Shown in pieces: positions 54,001-63,754 of a DNA stretch of 64,000 bases. Source of the DNA: a virus (taxonomy: Duplodnaviria > Heunggongvirae > Uroviricota > Caudoviricetes); IMG/VR virus record IMGVR_UViG_3300027513_000011, positions 1 through 64,000 of that record; one strand, written 5' to 3'. The position numbers and the translations under genes were made by a program. A model generated the notes under the pieces. The model saw nothing but the letters and a program-made list of their open reading frames with translations. It made no database searches and was not told where the DNA came from. Position 1 is the first letter of the stretch. The number at the start of each line of letters is the position of its first letter.

Positions 54001-55404
54001 ACGTTCATCCCGTCCACCTTCGCCATCCCTGATCCTCTGGAGTTCCTGTCTGGGGACTTCACTGATGTGTTCACACCGCCGTCAGCCGCGGCCGCAGAGC
54101 AGTTGGCCGAGGAGGCGGCTACCGAGGCCGAGCAGTTCATCGAACCCACCATCAGGTCGGCACGGTCGGCCCTTATCGCCAAGCTGGCTGAACTCCCCGA
54201 GGGTATCCGCGAGCGCGCCACTAACCAGATCAGGCGTATCTTCGAGCAGGATGGGGTTTCCCTGTTCGAGCAGTCCATTGCCGGCGCCTTCGTGGTTGAC
54301 CAGGCCACCCTGGAGGAACAGGCCCGTATCGCTGCCGACCAACTGACCACCATCTTCGATCGCATCCAAGAGTTGACATCAGAGGCCGGGGTCAGCGACA
54401 GGCTGGAGGGACTTGTCCCGGCGCTCCCTGACGAGGACGCTCAGGGACTTCAAGACTTCCTCGCCGGGCAGGAAAGTCGCACCCAGGCTCTTCGCGATCA
54501 GGCTGCCGTTCTTGCCGAGCTCGCCGCGTCCGGTCAGACAGTGCTAGGCAACGTGCTAGCAACAAACGATAGCGTCCTCACCGGGATCACTAACTCCCTG
54601 ACCCGCGTGGATGACATTCGCGCCGAGATTCAGGCTGTTGCCGATGAGACAGATGTTGAAATCGGGATCCTCCTGTCGGACCAGTCTGTGATCGACGCCC
54701 AGAACGCCATGACCGAGCTCGGGACCACGCTGGCTACCGATGGGGCCACGGTGGGTGGCGAGGCCGGGGCGGCTATCAGTGGTGGGCTGGAGGAGGCGGT
54801 GGCGGGGATCCCTGAGATTATCTCTGCTCCCTTCTCCACTGCCATTACCTCAGTTCGAGAAGTCCTTGTCGCGAAATCACCTTCCGAAGTTTTCAAGGGC
54901 ATCGGCGGTGATATGGCTGAGGGCCTACAGATCGGGTGGGACTCCGGGTTCGGCGCCTTCCGCCTCAGCGTGCTCACCGACTTCTCCCAGCTTCTCGTCA
55001 CCCTTCGCTCTATGGCTGCCAGCTTCGTGATCCCGCCCATTGGTGGCAGTGGTATGGGGGTGCCGGACAACGTGCTCCACGGTGGCGGATTCGTCGGTGG
55101 GGCCGGTGAGTCCATTGCCCGTGTCATGGCCGGCGAGTTCATGCTGCGCCGGTCGGCCGTGGCCTCACTCCAGACAATGGGCGTGTCCCTCGATCTGTTG
55201 AACCGTAACCCGCGGACCTACTTCCCGGCCCCGGTGACTCAGCACAGCGCCTCGTCCACCACTTACGACAACTCCCAGCATCCGGTCCAGAACGTGACCC
55301 ACAACTGGGAGGTCAACACCGGGGGCGCTATCCTCAACGAGAAGAAGTTGATGCGCGAGGCAGAGAAGCGGCTGGTCAGATCGGTGAGGGGCAGGATTCG
55401 ATGA
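51061..55404 (+). CDS. tail tape measure protein
   Basis: 1447 aa; N-terminal coiled coil, Gly/Ala-rich TM-like segments, TP901-type core (ATSVTELSNGLKFVAPIASQLNIPLQEVAAAMGVLGDNGI). Confidence 0.8.
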   Translation: MANQNFRVGVSADVTAARTALRRLEADFKDIKIDFNSGTVAVELQKVERAINGVDKSFGTLNSKLTNLAERFRTLDRAADPVNTKLRDIKSVINDFDTDADRAADNMQQLARAIVAVDRALNKLEPQRREEQFESFARGVERLRRAFATTDDDAAKLSREIRDLADAARTADRATDNLGRSVRRVRTTAIGPAGLASRSGGSPFGFIGASGPLGFLGIGGVGAGAAIGAGVIAGISALAFGIATATGATVRFVAATSQLSAEFDRLIRTANVLAGGDALGVFSEAALREGARTIFTASEAAEALGELARAGFDVEEAIGALPGVLDLAAIEQTDLAATSLIVARTLRAFQLDASAAGVVADVLAETSAASATSVTELSNGLKFVAPIASQLNIPLQEVAAAMGVLGDNGIVATIAGTNLRFALNSLLAPTAPAAAAMEELALVTTDAAGNFVGLEAIINQLADAQERIGNTARFNALIVEAFGTRAAGAILTLVENSELLNTRIGENFRAFGRAAEIAQEQLAGLEGALERLRGEFEAQQITSFRLTGLQDSLTAAVAAAEDALPALFESIVDPIFNEIAIGVSLLRTEVFPSILDAAPEFGEIFGDTIASVFNFITTNDDFVIESLLAVANAAQGIVDIFIGIGVVAETVLNPLITLFNNLNDTIQGAVVGGGLGAGIGTFIGGVIGLAGGPIGAGIGAAIGGSAGALLGSLGAALGESSVQREAAEFGVELGTSINTGIADGLDIGEAIEQALQTVEFGVDVEGFADVVNLQADLQERMDELREVTSAATTSIGTGDLETAKRLFDSIGISLDTVATRSGAIPGITDAFREVNTEMTRLATDAEANAARIAAVLTDPAVANIVDQEIARANEIVANFQSQGVNNFLVDSDRAAILERIIEGHPLAGLVEARGRFEEFGEVSAEDADRILRDYADSVIKSAGSQAQRIASEIGPQILQTVETLEGFGAAIAKVLASLGTTFIPSTFAIPDPLEFLSGDFTDVFTPPSAAAAEQLAEEAATEAEQFIEPTIRSARSALIAKLAELPEGIRERATNQIRRIFEQDGVSLFEQSIAGAFVVDQATLEEQARIAADQLTTIFDRIQELTSEAGVSDRLEGLVPALPDEDAQGLQDFLAGQESRTQALRDQAAVLAELAASGQTVLGNVLATNDSVLTGITNSLTRVDDIRAEIQAVADETDVEIGILLSDQSVIDAQNAMTELGTTLATDGATVGGEAGAAISGGLEEAVAGIPEIISAPFSTAITSVREVLVAKSPSEVFKGIGGDMAEGLQIGWDSGFGAFRLSVLTDFSQLLVTLRSMAASFVIPPIGGSGMGVPDNVLHGGGFVGGAGESIARVMAGEFMLRRSAVASLQTMGVSLDLLNRNPRTYFPAPVTQHSASSTTYDNSQHPVQNVTHNWEVNTGGAILNEKKLMREAEKRLVRSVRGRIR

Positions 55405-56492
55405 GTTGTCTACTGCGAGACGGGTTCGCCTGCTTCGATGGTACCGAGATATGGAACGTCTGCCGGACCTTCTACTACGTCGACACCCTCTACCCTTTGA
55501 CCGGATTCGACATAACTATTCAGAAGGACAGTGATGGGACATTCTGCTGCGGGTGTTGTCATAGCGTCTATGTCGATCCTGCCACCGATGAGGCCCCGTG
55601 GTACAGCCCGAACCATAGCCAGTCCGAGGACTTCTACGGGTTCTTCCCCACCGAGATCGTAGGACTCACCGCCAACCCGACCACACGGACGGTAGGGGGC
55701 ACGCGTAACGGGGCCAGGCTCTCAGCGCGCAACGATCCCGGCCGCAGCATAGAAGTGACCCTCCTTGCGGTGGGGGCCACCTGCGAGGCTGTCGAGTGGG
55801 GCTTGGCGTGGCTCAACCATGTCCTTGAGTCCACCGGAGGTCTGGCGTGGGAGAATTGCTGCACCGCGCCCGAGTCCCCGAGCGAGTCCCCCGACGGTTC
55901 GGAGATCTTCGCGCTGGGTCGCAACATTCCATGTGTCACCATGACGGAGGGAATCGAGGCCGAGTCCTTCCGGCCCGACGCGCTCGGCGGTACCGTCTGG
56001 GAGGTCACGTTCACGCTCACCGCAGAGCAGAGCTGGATCTACGACGCCCCGGTTACCTTGCTCAACGAGGTTGTCAGTGGCTCGTCCTGCGTCGATTACA
56101 CGCCGGACTGCATTGACGGCGCCGCCATCGAGATCTATGTGGGGCGCGCAACCAATACGCAACCCGGCGAGGTCACTGTCCGCTCCAACCCTGCCGCCCA
56201 TCTACCTGACGGCTTCGTGCTCGACAACTACAACGGGCGCTACGGTGTGGTCGTGGGCGTGCAGCGAGGCGAATCTGTTCTGGTGGATCCGCGGTGCCTC
56301 GGCGTCCAGGTGGTCGGCCCTACAGGTACCCCCCTCGGTGCTGCCCCCGATGCCAGCATGACGAACACCGCTCTCGGCCTCTATGCAACCCCTTCCTATG
56401 GACAGAAGTGGCGTACCTGTGTTAGCGTGCCTGACAACGGGGGAGGCAACGTAACGGCATGTATCCGGGCATGGCCCCGGAGGAGGATCTGA
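55401..56492 (+). CDS. minor tail protein (distal tail protein-like)
   Basis: ATGA-coupled to TMP; position. Confidence 0.5.
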   Translation: MSCLLRDGFACFDGTEIWNVCRTFYYVDTLYPLTGFDITIQKDSDGTFCCGCCHSVYVDPATDEAPWYSPNHSQSEDFYGFFPTEIVGLTANPTTRTVGGTRNGARLSARNDPGRSIEVTLLAVGATCEAVEWGLAWLNHVLESTGGLAWENCCTAPESPSESPDGSEIFALGRNIPCVTMTEGIEAESFRPDALGGTVWEVTFTLTAEQSWIYDAPVTLLNEVVSGSSCVDYTPDCIDGAAIEIYVGRATNTQPGEVTVRSNPAAHLPDGFVLDNYNGRYGVVVGVQRGESVLVDPRCLGVQVVGPTGTPLGAAPDASMTNTALGLYATPSYGQKWRTCVSVPDNGGGNVTACIRAWPRRRI

Positions 56493-56770
56493 TGGCAGGT
56501 ATGGACATCATTGTGGGGAAGTCCCGTTTCCGCATCTATGACGACGATGGTAAGTGGGCTATCAAGCTCCCTCCCAACGGGGACGGTACGCAGCGGGTCG
56601 TGGTTGTGGACAAGCAGACGGGTGCCATCGTCGGTGGACCCAGGCCATCCACCCCATACACCAAGCACCCTGCTCCCCGTGCTTTGACCAACAAGCAGTG
56701 GTTCAGTTTGGCCCCTTCGACAGCGCCTGATCTCCTCGCCGTGGTCGACGTGAAGGCCCCCGCCTTCTAA
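56492..56770 (+). CDS. hypothetical protein (92 aa)
   Basis: ATG overlapping upstream stop (TGATG). Confidence 0.4.
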   Translation: MAGMDIIVGKSRFRIYDDDGKWAIKLPPNGDGTQRVVVVDKQTGAIVGGPRPSTPYTKHPAPRALTNKQWFSLAPSTAPDLLAVVDVKAPAF

Positions 56771-56886
56771 CAAACGATTCAGCTAACTCCCCTTCGTACA
56801 ATCTCTCTCAGCTCATAAGAGAGGTTGTCATAGCTGACGTAGTTTTCAATATCGCCAAGGGGCGGGTCAACGAGCTCCACGATCGC

Positions 56887-57306
56887 GTGGACACCAACGA
56901 CCCGGCCAACTCGGCACTTATCCAGGTGCTTCTCCAGGTTACTGAGGCCGATGCCACTCTGATCGACCGTGACGACCTGGCAGCCGTTCTCGCTGGTGGC
57001 AACACAGAAGCCACCTTCACCAACTATGCCCGTAAGACCCTATCCGATGCCGCTGTCACCGCCACTGCTGTCGATGACACCAACAACCGGCGCACTGCTT
57101 CGATTGACGACTGGGTTATTGCCTCGGCTGGTGGCGCGACCAACAACACTCTGGTCAGGCTGCTCATCTGCTACGACTCTGACACCACGGGTGGCACAGA
57201 TGCCAACATTGTCCCACTGACTGCCCATGACCTGACTGAAACGACGAACGGTCAGCAGCTCACAGTTGCTCCAACCACCGTTCAGGAATACTTCAGGGCT
57301 AGCTAA
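56887..57306 (+). CDS. hypothetical Thr/Ala-rich protein (139 aa)
   Basis: ORF track. Confidence 0.4.
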   Translation: MDTNDPANSALIQVLLQVTEADATLIDRDDLAAVLAGGNTEATFTNYARKTLSDAAVTATAVDDTNNRRTASIDDWVIASAGGATNNTLVRLLICYDSDTTGGTDANIVPLTAHDLTETTNGQQLTVAPTTVQEYFRAS

Positions 57307-57372
57307 CCGCTACGACCCCGACTTTTAGGGGGTCGGCATGAGACAGACACATAGGGCTGGGGCGGTGTCCTG

Positions 57373-60300
57373 ATGGCACTCGGCTTCTCGCTGCTCGCCT
57401 CACACGCCGACACTGCCAACCAGCTCTCGTACTCTGACGTAGAATCTACGCAGCCGGCAGCCAACTCGGCGCTGCTGCTGTTCGTTCGTACCGGCAAGGC
57501 TGGCGGCGGTGTAGTCCCGGCGTCGGTCACGGGATATGGCGCCACCTGGACCCTAGAAGGCTCAGCTATTCAGGGAACTGGCGCCCGGCTGTGTGTCTAC
57601 TCAGCGTATGCCGGGGCATCACCGTCAGCATCCAACTTCAACGTCACCGCTCCGTCCGGTGGCTACACCGGATGCATCTTCGCTGTCATCCAGATCACCG
57701 GGGCCGACTCAACCGACTTCCTGATTCAGTCGGTGTTCGCCAACAACACTGGGCAGACAAGCTCCTCGGTGACCCTGGCCGCGTTCGGTGACGCCACCAA
57801 CAACGGTGCTGTCGGCGCGACGATCATCCATGTCAACTCGGCCATCACCGCTGACGCGACCGCCACCTGGACGAACCGTGTCGATATAGGGCACAACTCA
57901 CCGATCGCCCGAATGATGGTGCAGACCCGTACCGGCCAGGACACCACAGTTACGTCGTCGTGGACCGGCAACGAGGACTGGGTGGCGTGGGCTGGCGAGA
58001 TCAAGATGGCGTCCACCACTGTTCTCGATGAGTACGCCTTCGCTTCCGAAACCGACACCGCTCAGCCGTTCTTCGCGGATAGCGACAAGCTGGATGACTA
58101 CGGGTTCGCCAGCGAGACAGACACGGCGCAACCCTTCTTTGCTGATTCCAATGTCTTTGATGAGTATGCCTTTGCGACAGAGACAGACGCGGCGATGCCC
58201 TTCGACGCATCCTCCAACGTGCAGGATGACTACGGGTTCGCCAGTGAATCTGACTCTGCCATGCCATTCGACGCGTCCTCGAATGTTCTCGATGAGTTTG
58301 GCGCGGCTGACGAAGCCGACTCTGCCATGCCCTTCTCGGCCGACACCGATCTCACCGACGAGTACGGGTTTGCTTCCGAGACTGACGAGGCGATGCCTTT
58401 CAATGCTGACTCGGACGTACTGGACGAGTTCGGTGCTGCCGATGAGGCTGATACCGCCATGCCGTTCGACGCCTCCTCCGATGTGTTTGACGAGTACGGG
58501 CTGGCGTCGGAAACCGATGAGGCAATGCCCTTCGACACCAGTGTCGACCTTGCTGACGAATACGGCTTCGCTGAGGAAACCGACGCGGCGATGCCGTTCA
58601 CGGCGACCGTTCTGGTGCTCGATGAGTTTGGGCTGGCATCCGAAACCGACGAAGCGATGCCGTTCGCGGCCGACGCCGAGGTTGTAGACGAGTTCGACTT
58701 TGCCTCTGAAACCGATGCCGCTATGCCTTTCACGGCATCAGCAACCTCTACTGACATCGAGTGGGATGCGAGCTCCGAGGGGACGGCCACCACTGGCGCC
58801 CTGTCCTTCACCCACACTCCGGTAGGGGATCCGGCCGGCATCGAGGTCGATGTCGTGGTCAACGCGTCTATCGCTGACGAGATCACTGGGGTCACCTACG
58901 GTGGCGTGGCACTGGCGAAGAAGGCGGATGCCAACGAGGCGACAGGTGAGCCCGGCCGCGTGCAGGTGTGGTTCCTCGGTACAGGGATCCCGACCGGCCC
59001 GCAGACTGTTGTGGTTTCCCACACCGGCTCGGCCAATGCGAAGTGGGCTACCTGTAAGTCGTGGATTGCGCCCGAGGATCTGGTCATTGTCGGTGCTGGC
59101 AACATCTCCGACTACGGTGCCGCCGTCTCTGACGCCACTATCCCGATGTGGTCACTTGGCAATGCGGTACGTTCCGGTGCGTTGTTTACCGGCCTTCTAG
59201 ATGTATCGAACCCTGTCCCAATTGCCGGGATGACCGCCGACCAGAACCACGACTTCGGTTCCACGGTCGCCCAGTCCATCTATGAGACTGCCCAGTCCTC
59301 GGGCTCCACCGACTTCGGCTGGGGCGACATCGCGGACGAGGCTGCTGTCGCCGCCATCACCATCACCGTTGCCTCTGCTGTTCCAGTGGGGACGCTGGAC
59401 GTGGAAGCCATCTCGACCTACATGGGTCAGCCGCAGGGTGTTGCCGACATCATCTTCACGCACCCGTCACCAGGCACAGCGGGTGGTGTCCTTATCTTCA
59501 CCGCCAACCTCGTCTCCTCCGCGTGGATCACCGACATCGACTACGGCGGGGAGGCGGCGAGCTTCGTCGTCACCGCGGACGACACCGACACTGAGCTGTG
59601 GCGTGTCGATGAGTACAACCTGCTGGCCTCGGTGCCAACCGGGGATCAGATCGTCACGGTCAACACCGCCAACTCGCCGGCCAACGCGGCTGAGCAGTTC
59701 CGTACCGTTACGGTCATCACCTTCGCTACTCCGGTGGAGCGGATCACTGGAGCCATTGATGAGGAGAACCAGGCCAACCCGCAGGCTGCTCTCGACACTC
59801 TCTCGGCCCCTGCTCTGCGCTTCGGCCACATAGGTTCCGGTCATTCCGCTCCAACCGACCTCGCTGCGGTCAACCTGCCCGAGCGGATCATGGGCAACGA
59901 GGCTGGAGCTCAGACAGTTGTTACCGACTTCGACCCCACGCCTGCCTCCGGGTCTGTCACGGTCGGGTGGACAGCCACCACAGAGGACGTGGCTGCCATC
60001 TATGCCGCGTATGGCGAGCCGCAGGACATTCTGGATGAGTTTGACCTTGCCTCAGAAACCGATGAGGCAATGCCATTCGAGGCGGCGACAGACCAGACGG
60101 TGCTGTTCGGTCTTGCAGATGAAACCGATGAAGCGATGCCCTTCGACGCTGCTTCCGATGTGCTCGATGAGTATGGCCTCGCTGATGAAACAGACGAGGC
60201 GATGCCCTTTGAGACAGAGGTTGGGGCCACCCCCATTGAGGACTTGTTCGGGTTTGCGGAGGAAACCGACACGGCTATGCCCTTCTTCGCCTTCGCTGAG

Positions 60301-60516
60301 GAGGAGAGCCCTGGATCCCCGGAGAGTCCCGGTGACGACAGCCCAGATGTGGGTTCGCCCACGTCCCCGGAGGAATCTCCGGTGGATTCGCCTATCATCG
60401 ACTCACCCGATGTTGATTCACCTGATGAGCCGCCGTTCAGTCCACCTGACGAACCAGATGACACCTTCTGCCCGCCGCACTTCATGGCGCGCCGTGGCCG
60501 AGGGCGGTGCTGCTAA
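57373..60516 (+). CDS. minor tail protein with acidic tandem-repeat arrays and C-terminal Ser/Pro/Asp linker ending CPPHFMA
   Basis: 1047 aa; 11 x 22-aa repeats (consensus VLDEYGFASETDEAMPFDASSD) plus 4 more near C-terminus; three related beta-rich domains. Confidence 0.6.
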   Translation: MALGFSLLASHADTANQLSYSDVESTQPAANSALLLFVRTGKAGGGVVPASVTGYGATWTLEGSAIQGTGARLCVYSAYAGASPSASNFNVTAPSGGYTGCIFAVIQITGADSTDFLIQSVFANNTGQTSSSVTLAAFGDATNNGAVGATIIHVNSAITADATATWTNRVDIGHNSPIARMMVQTRTGQDTTVTSSWTGNEDWVAWAGEIKMASTTVLDEYAFASETDTAQPFFADSDKLDDYGFASETDTAQPFFADSNVFDEYAFATETDAAMPFDASSNVQDDYGFASESDSAMPFDASSNVLDEFGAADEADSAMPFSADTDLTDEYGFASETDEAMPFNADSDVLDEFGAADEADTAMPFDASSDVFDEYGLASETDEAMPFDTSVDLADEYGFAEETDAAMPFTATVLVLDEFGLASETDEAMPFAADAEVVDEFDFASETDAAMPFTASATSTDIEWDASSEGTATTGALSFTHTPVGDPAGIEVDVVVNASIADEITGVTYGGVALAKKADANEATGEPGRVQVWFLGTGIPTGPQTVVVSHTGSANAKWATCKSWIAPEDLVIVGAGNISDYGAAVSDATIPMWSLGNAVRSGALFTGLLDVSNPVPIAGMTADQNHDFGSTVAQSIYETAQSSGSTDFGWGDIADEAAVAAITITVASAVPVGTLDVEAISTYMGQPQGVADIIFTHPSPGTAGGVLIFTANLVSSAWITDIDYGGEAASFVVTADDTDTELWRVDEYNLLASVPTGDQIVTVNTANSPANAAEQFRTVTVITFATPVERITGAIDEENQANPQAALDTLSAPALRFGHIGSGHSAPTDLAAVNLPERIMGNEAGAQTVVTDFDPTPASGSVTVGWTATTEDVAAIYAAYGEPQDILDEFDLASETDEAMPFEAATDQTVLFGLADETDEAMPFDAASDVLDEYGLADETDEAMPFETEVGATPIEDLFGFAEETDTAMPFFAFAEEESPGSPESPGDDSPDVGSPTSPEESPVDSPIIDSPDVDSPDEPPFSPPDEPDDTFCPPHFMARRGRGRCC
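58021..58746 (+). repeat. 11 tandem 66-bp coding repeats
   Basis: repeats read from translation and DNA. Confidence 0.6.
60031..60300 (+). repeat. 4 further copies of the same repeat family
   Basis: ILDEFDLASETDEAMPFEAATD ... LFGFAEETDTAMPFFAF. Confidence 0.5.
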
Positions 60517-62471
60517 TGGCTGACCCTCCAGCCCCAACAGGAGAGTTCTGGACAACGATCCTCCGTTGCGACCCAGACCCGGACGTGCCCGGCGTCATCG
60601 GCATGTGGAATGCGGTGTACTTCCTTGAACTCAACTCGACCCCAACCACAGGCTGGGTGAGTGCAGACAGGGACGGGTATCGCGCGGCCTACATGTTCCT
60701 GGAGCACCCCACTGATGGGTTTATTGCGCGCATCACTTTCGTCGGTGGGTACTCCAGCGACCCTGCTATCTCGGTCGATACGGTGGTGTTCGACCAGGGA
60801 GGCAGTGACTTCACCCTGTTCCTCTACGACGGTACACCCTGGGATCCTCTCGCTGACGGGACTGAAGCCAACGACGCCCCGGCAGACTTCGACCTCCCGC
60901 CACACCCGCAGGAGCGAACCGACGAGCGGCCCGTTATCCGCATCGTGGAGACGGCCGGCGACAACGTTCTTGAGGTCCGCGACTACACCACCACTGTCGC
61001 TGACCCTGGGGTAGCGTTCAACCAGATCGAGCACATCACCACACCGTTCAGCGTTGTTGGCCGGCGTCCTGACTCGACCCCTCACACGGTCTATGACCGT
61101 ATCCATGTCCAGTCCTACTACGAGGGCAGGGTTGCGATCGGGGTCTACTACGACATCATCCACCCTGACTACCACCAGACCTCGACCCTGGCGGATGAAG
61201 GCTCACCATTCGTTCCCCCCGAGGAGTCGCCAGGAGATTCGCCCGTAGAGGAATCCCCCGAGGACGCTTCGCCGTCGCCACCAGACACGGGCAGTCCCAC
61301 CGATCCCGAGGATCCCCCAACCGATTCACCCATCTTCGACCCGCCAGATGTTGACTCACCTGACGAACCGCCCTTCGACTCCCCCGGAGCCGGCGATGAG
61401 TTCTGTCCGCCTACCTTCATGGCGTGGCCCAGTGACGAGCCTCTGGAGTGGACTGTCCACCATGCCGACCGCTTCGGCAACGAGCGCCGCATCATGGAGG
61501 GCTCTCCGCTGCGCCTGATCGACGGGGTATCGAGCCTGTCGGTGGACTTCGATGACGACCCCGAGCTTCTTCACGAGATCATCCCGTGGGCCAGCGAGCT
61601 CCAGCTTCGTCACGGTGGGGAGTTGGCTTGGGCGGGGCCGGTCACTGGGATCACCTATGACCACACGCCGAACAATGCCTCACCCATCTCCATCCAGGCG
61701 TCGGACCTGTTGCACTGGTTGTCGGTACGCATCCTGAAGCCCAACAACCCTATCCCGCCAGGCGAGGTAGCGACCCAGGTTTACGAGATCATTCGTCGCG
61801 CCATGCAGGGTGACGACATCGGCCTTGGCATCAATCCACAGTTCGTATCAGTGATTGGCGACGAGATACTGACCGAGATCACTGACGCTGGCACCGAGAT
61901 GGATTCCTTCGCCCCCCTCCTCGACTGGACGATGATGGGAAGGGAGTTGCTGATCGGTAAGGAGGAGGCCCCGTTCGCCACCGCTCCGAACCTGATCCTC
62001 CCCACTCATGCCAAGTCATTCACTGCCTCCTACCTCGGAGATGAGGTCGCTTCCCAGATCCTTGTCCGTGGGGGCGACAACCATACCCTTGAGAAGCGGA
62101 TCAATGCCGAGTACCCCACCAGTGCCGACCGTGTTGACCCAATCATCGGCAGGGTGCAACGCCTGTTCCGTAACGAGCGCATCAAGAATGACCAGCAGGC
62201 TTTCAAGATGGCGAAGTCGATCCATGCCTACGCCCAGCACCCGCTGTGGGCGCTCGACGTTGATCTCGACCTGGGCCGTTCCCCTTACACAATGAGCCAC
62301 CTGATTGCTGGCGCCCGCGTCAACGTCTACTATCCGCCCCTGCTGCGGGACCAGCAAGCGTACCGGATCAAGACCGTGGGGTTGAGCGTGGACAGTGATG
62401 GCGAGTCGGTGACCTTGGAATTGATACCTCTCGGGATCCTCAACAACCAGCTCGCCGCGGAGGTCATCTGA
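60516..62471 (+). CDS. minor tail protein (N-terminal domain paralogous to secreted protein 33930..35009; internal SP-rich linker with CPPTFMA)
   Basis: ATG at 60516 overlapping upstream stop (TAATG); motif sharing described in findings. Confidence 0.55.
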   Translation: MADPPAPTGEFWTTILRCDPDPDVPGVIGMWNAVYFLELNSTPTTGWVSADRDGYRAAYMFLEHPTDGFIARITFVGGYSSDPAISVDTVVFDQGGSDFTLFLYDGTPWDPLADGTEANDAPADFDLPPHPQERTDERPVIRIVETAGDNVLEVRDYTTTVADPGVAFNQIEHITTPFSVVGRRPDSTPHTVYDRIHVQSYYEGRVAIGVYYDIIHPDYHQTSTLADEGSPFVPPEESPGDSPVEESPEDASPSPPDTGSPTDPEDPPTDSPIFDPPDVDSPDEPPFDSPGAGDEFCPPTFMAWPSDEPLEWTVHHADRFGNERRIMEGSPLRLIDGVSSLSVDFDDDPELLHEIIPWASELQLRHGGELAWAGPVTGITYDHTPNNASPISIQASDLLHWLSVRILKPNNPIPPGEVATQVYEIIRRAMQGDDIGLGINPQFVSVIGDEILTEITDAGTEMDSFAPLLDWTMMGRELLIGKEEAPFATAPNLILPTHAKSFTASYLGDEVASQILVRGGDNHTLEKRINAEYPTSADRVDPIIGRVQRLFRNERIKNDQQAFKMAKSIHAYAQHPLWALDVDLDLGRSPYTMSHLIAGARVNVYYPPLLRDQQAYRIKTVGLSVDSDGESVTLELIPLGILNNQLAAEVI

Positions 62472-63754
62472 TGGGACACCGCGGCAAGGGCAACGACCCG
62501 GCCGACCTGTTCGGTAGGCTCCAGACTCAGATCGACGGACTACACCAACGCGCCACCGATCTCACCGACTTCGTTTGGGAGAACCTGCCCGTCGAGCTCC
62601 CCGAGGTAGTGCTGGGCGAGGACGCCGAGTTCCTTCCCTTGGTGGTCATCGCCGCTGTCAACGCTCCCGTCCCTTGGATCGACTACGCCACCGCTTCGCC
62701 TTACGGGTTCGTGTGCGACGGGATAGATGATGAGGTTCAGTTCCTAGAGGCCGAAGATGTCCTCTCTCAACTACTCGTTGTCAGTGACTCGATCATCTGG
62801 TTGTCGCCAGGTGACTTCACTTTCAACGCTGGGTTCAATGACCTTGCTGGAGAACCTTGGGGCATCCTCTCCAACAGGTACAAGGGTCACAACATTGGTG
62901 TGCTCGGTTTCGACTTCACCACAATCAATGTCACTACCGGGTGGGACATCATACCGGAACAGGATCCTGTCAACTTCCCCGGAGTCTTGACCAACCCTTT
63001 GCAGTTGGTTGGTGATTTCGAGGACATCACCATCAACCTCATTCCCAACGGTCTGACAGATGGTGACATACCTATCGCGGTCAGTGCAACGGGGAAGATC
63101 GCCAACGTGGTGTTCAACATCGGTTCAGTGTCCCCCGTTACCTTCCCGGTTGCGTGCGATGTTGCCCTCAGCCTGATCGGGGGCGAGAACTGCACCGCCA
63201 CCGTGTATCGCCAAGGCATCGTCCCATCCGATGCTTACTGCGCGCTGGATGATGTGATCGGTTTCACCCTGACCGGAGCATTTGATGCGGCCGTACCCGA
63301 TCCTCTCCCCCCACTCGTCAAGGTGAGAAACATGTGTCGAGACATCACGATCACCATGAACAACGACTATGCGTTCGCCTCGGGGGCAAGTGCCTTTCAG
63401 ATAGAAGGTGACTCCGAGTTGTCCAATGTCAGGATCTTCGGTAGCTTCGACTGGACAGGGGTTGACGGCATCGTGGTGATCGACCCCTCTTACATCAACA
63501 GCGACAACCCGATCATGGTCGATGTCTCCACCTTCCTTGTGGATTCACCCGACCACCCGGTTATCTTCTACCGCGACCCGACCTTCACCGACATTGTGAA
63601 TCTGGGATCTCGCGTTCTCTCTGGGCTGACAACTCAGCGACCCGACCCAACCATGTGTATCGGTACCCTCTACGTCAATATCGACAACCCGGCTGCTCCG
63701 GTGCTCGAATGGAGCGACGGAGTTCAGTGGTGGGCCAGCGCGGCGATGACCTAG
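62471..63754 (+). CDS. minor tail protein, possible beta-helix tailspike-like
   Basis: TGATG coupling; periodic hydrophobic short strands (ITIN, VRIFGSFD, VVID). Confidence 0.45.
   Translation: MGHRGKGNDPADLFGRLQTQIDGLHQRATDLTDFVWENLPVELPEVVLGEDAEFLPLVVIAAVNAPVPWIDYATASPYGFVCDGIDDEVQFLEAEDVLSQLLVVSDSIIWLSPGDFTFNAGFNDLAGEPWGILSNRYKGHNIGVLGFDFTTINVTTGWDIIPEQDPVNFPGVLTNPLQLVGDFEDITINLIPNGLTDGDIPIAVSATGKIANVVFNIGSVSPVTFPVACDVALSLIGGENCTATVYRQGIVPSDAYCALDDVIGFTLTGAFDAAVPDPLPPLVKVRNMCRDITITMNNDYAFASGASAFQIEGDSELSNVRIFGSFDWTGVDGIVVIDPSYINSDNPIMVDVSTFLVDSPDHPVIFYRDPTFTDIVNLGSRVLSGLTTQRPDPTMCIGTLYVNIDNPAAPVLEWSDGVQWWASAAMT

Noticed and set aside
51069-55142. Numerous long minus-strand and alternate-frame ORFs overlapping the tape measure gene (e.g. 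51069..51806, 52614..53165, 54630..55142)
   Set aside because: Typical high-GC antisense artefacts. Their translations are Ala/Arg/Pro/Ser-rich low-complexity, and the forward frame has unambiguous tape-measure motifs.
58021-60300. Regular ~66-bp repeats that could resemble a CRISPR array
   Set aside because: Repeats are contiguous with no unique spacers, in-frame and translate to a conserved peptide unit. They are coding tandem repeats inside a tail protein gene.
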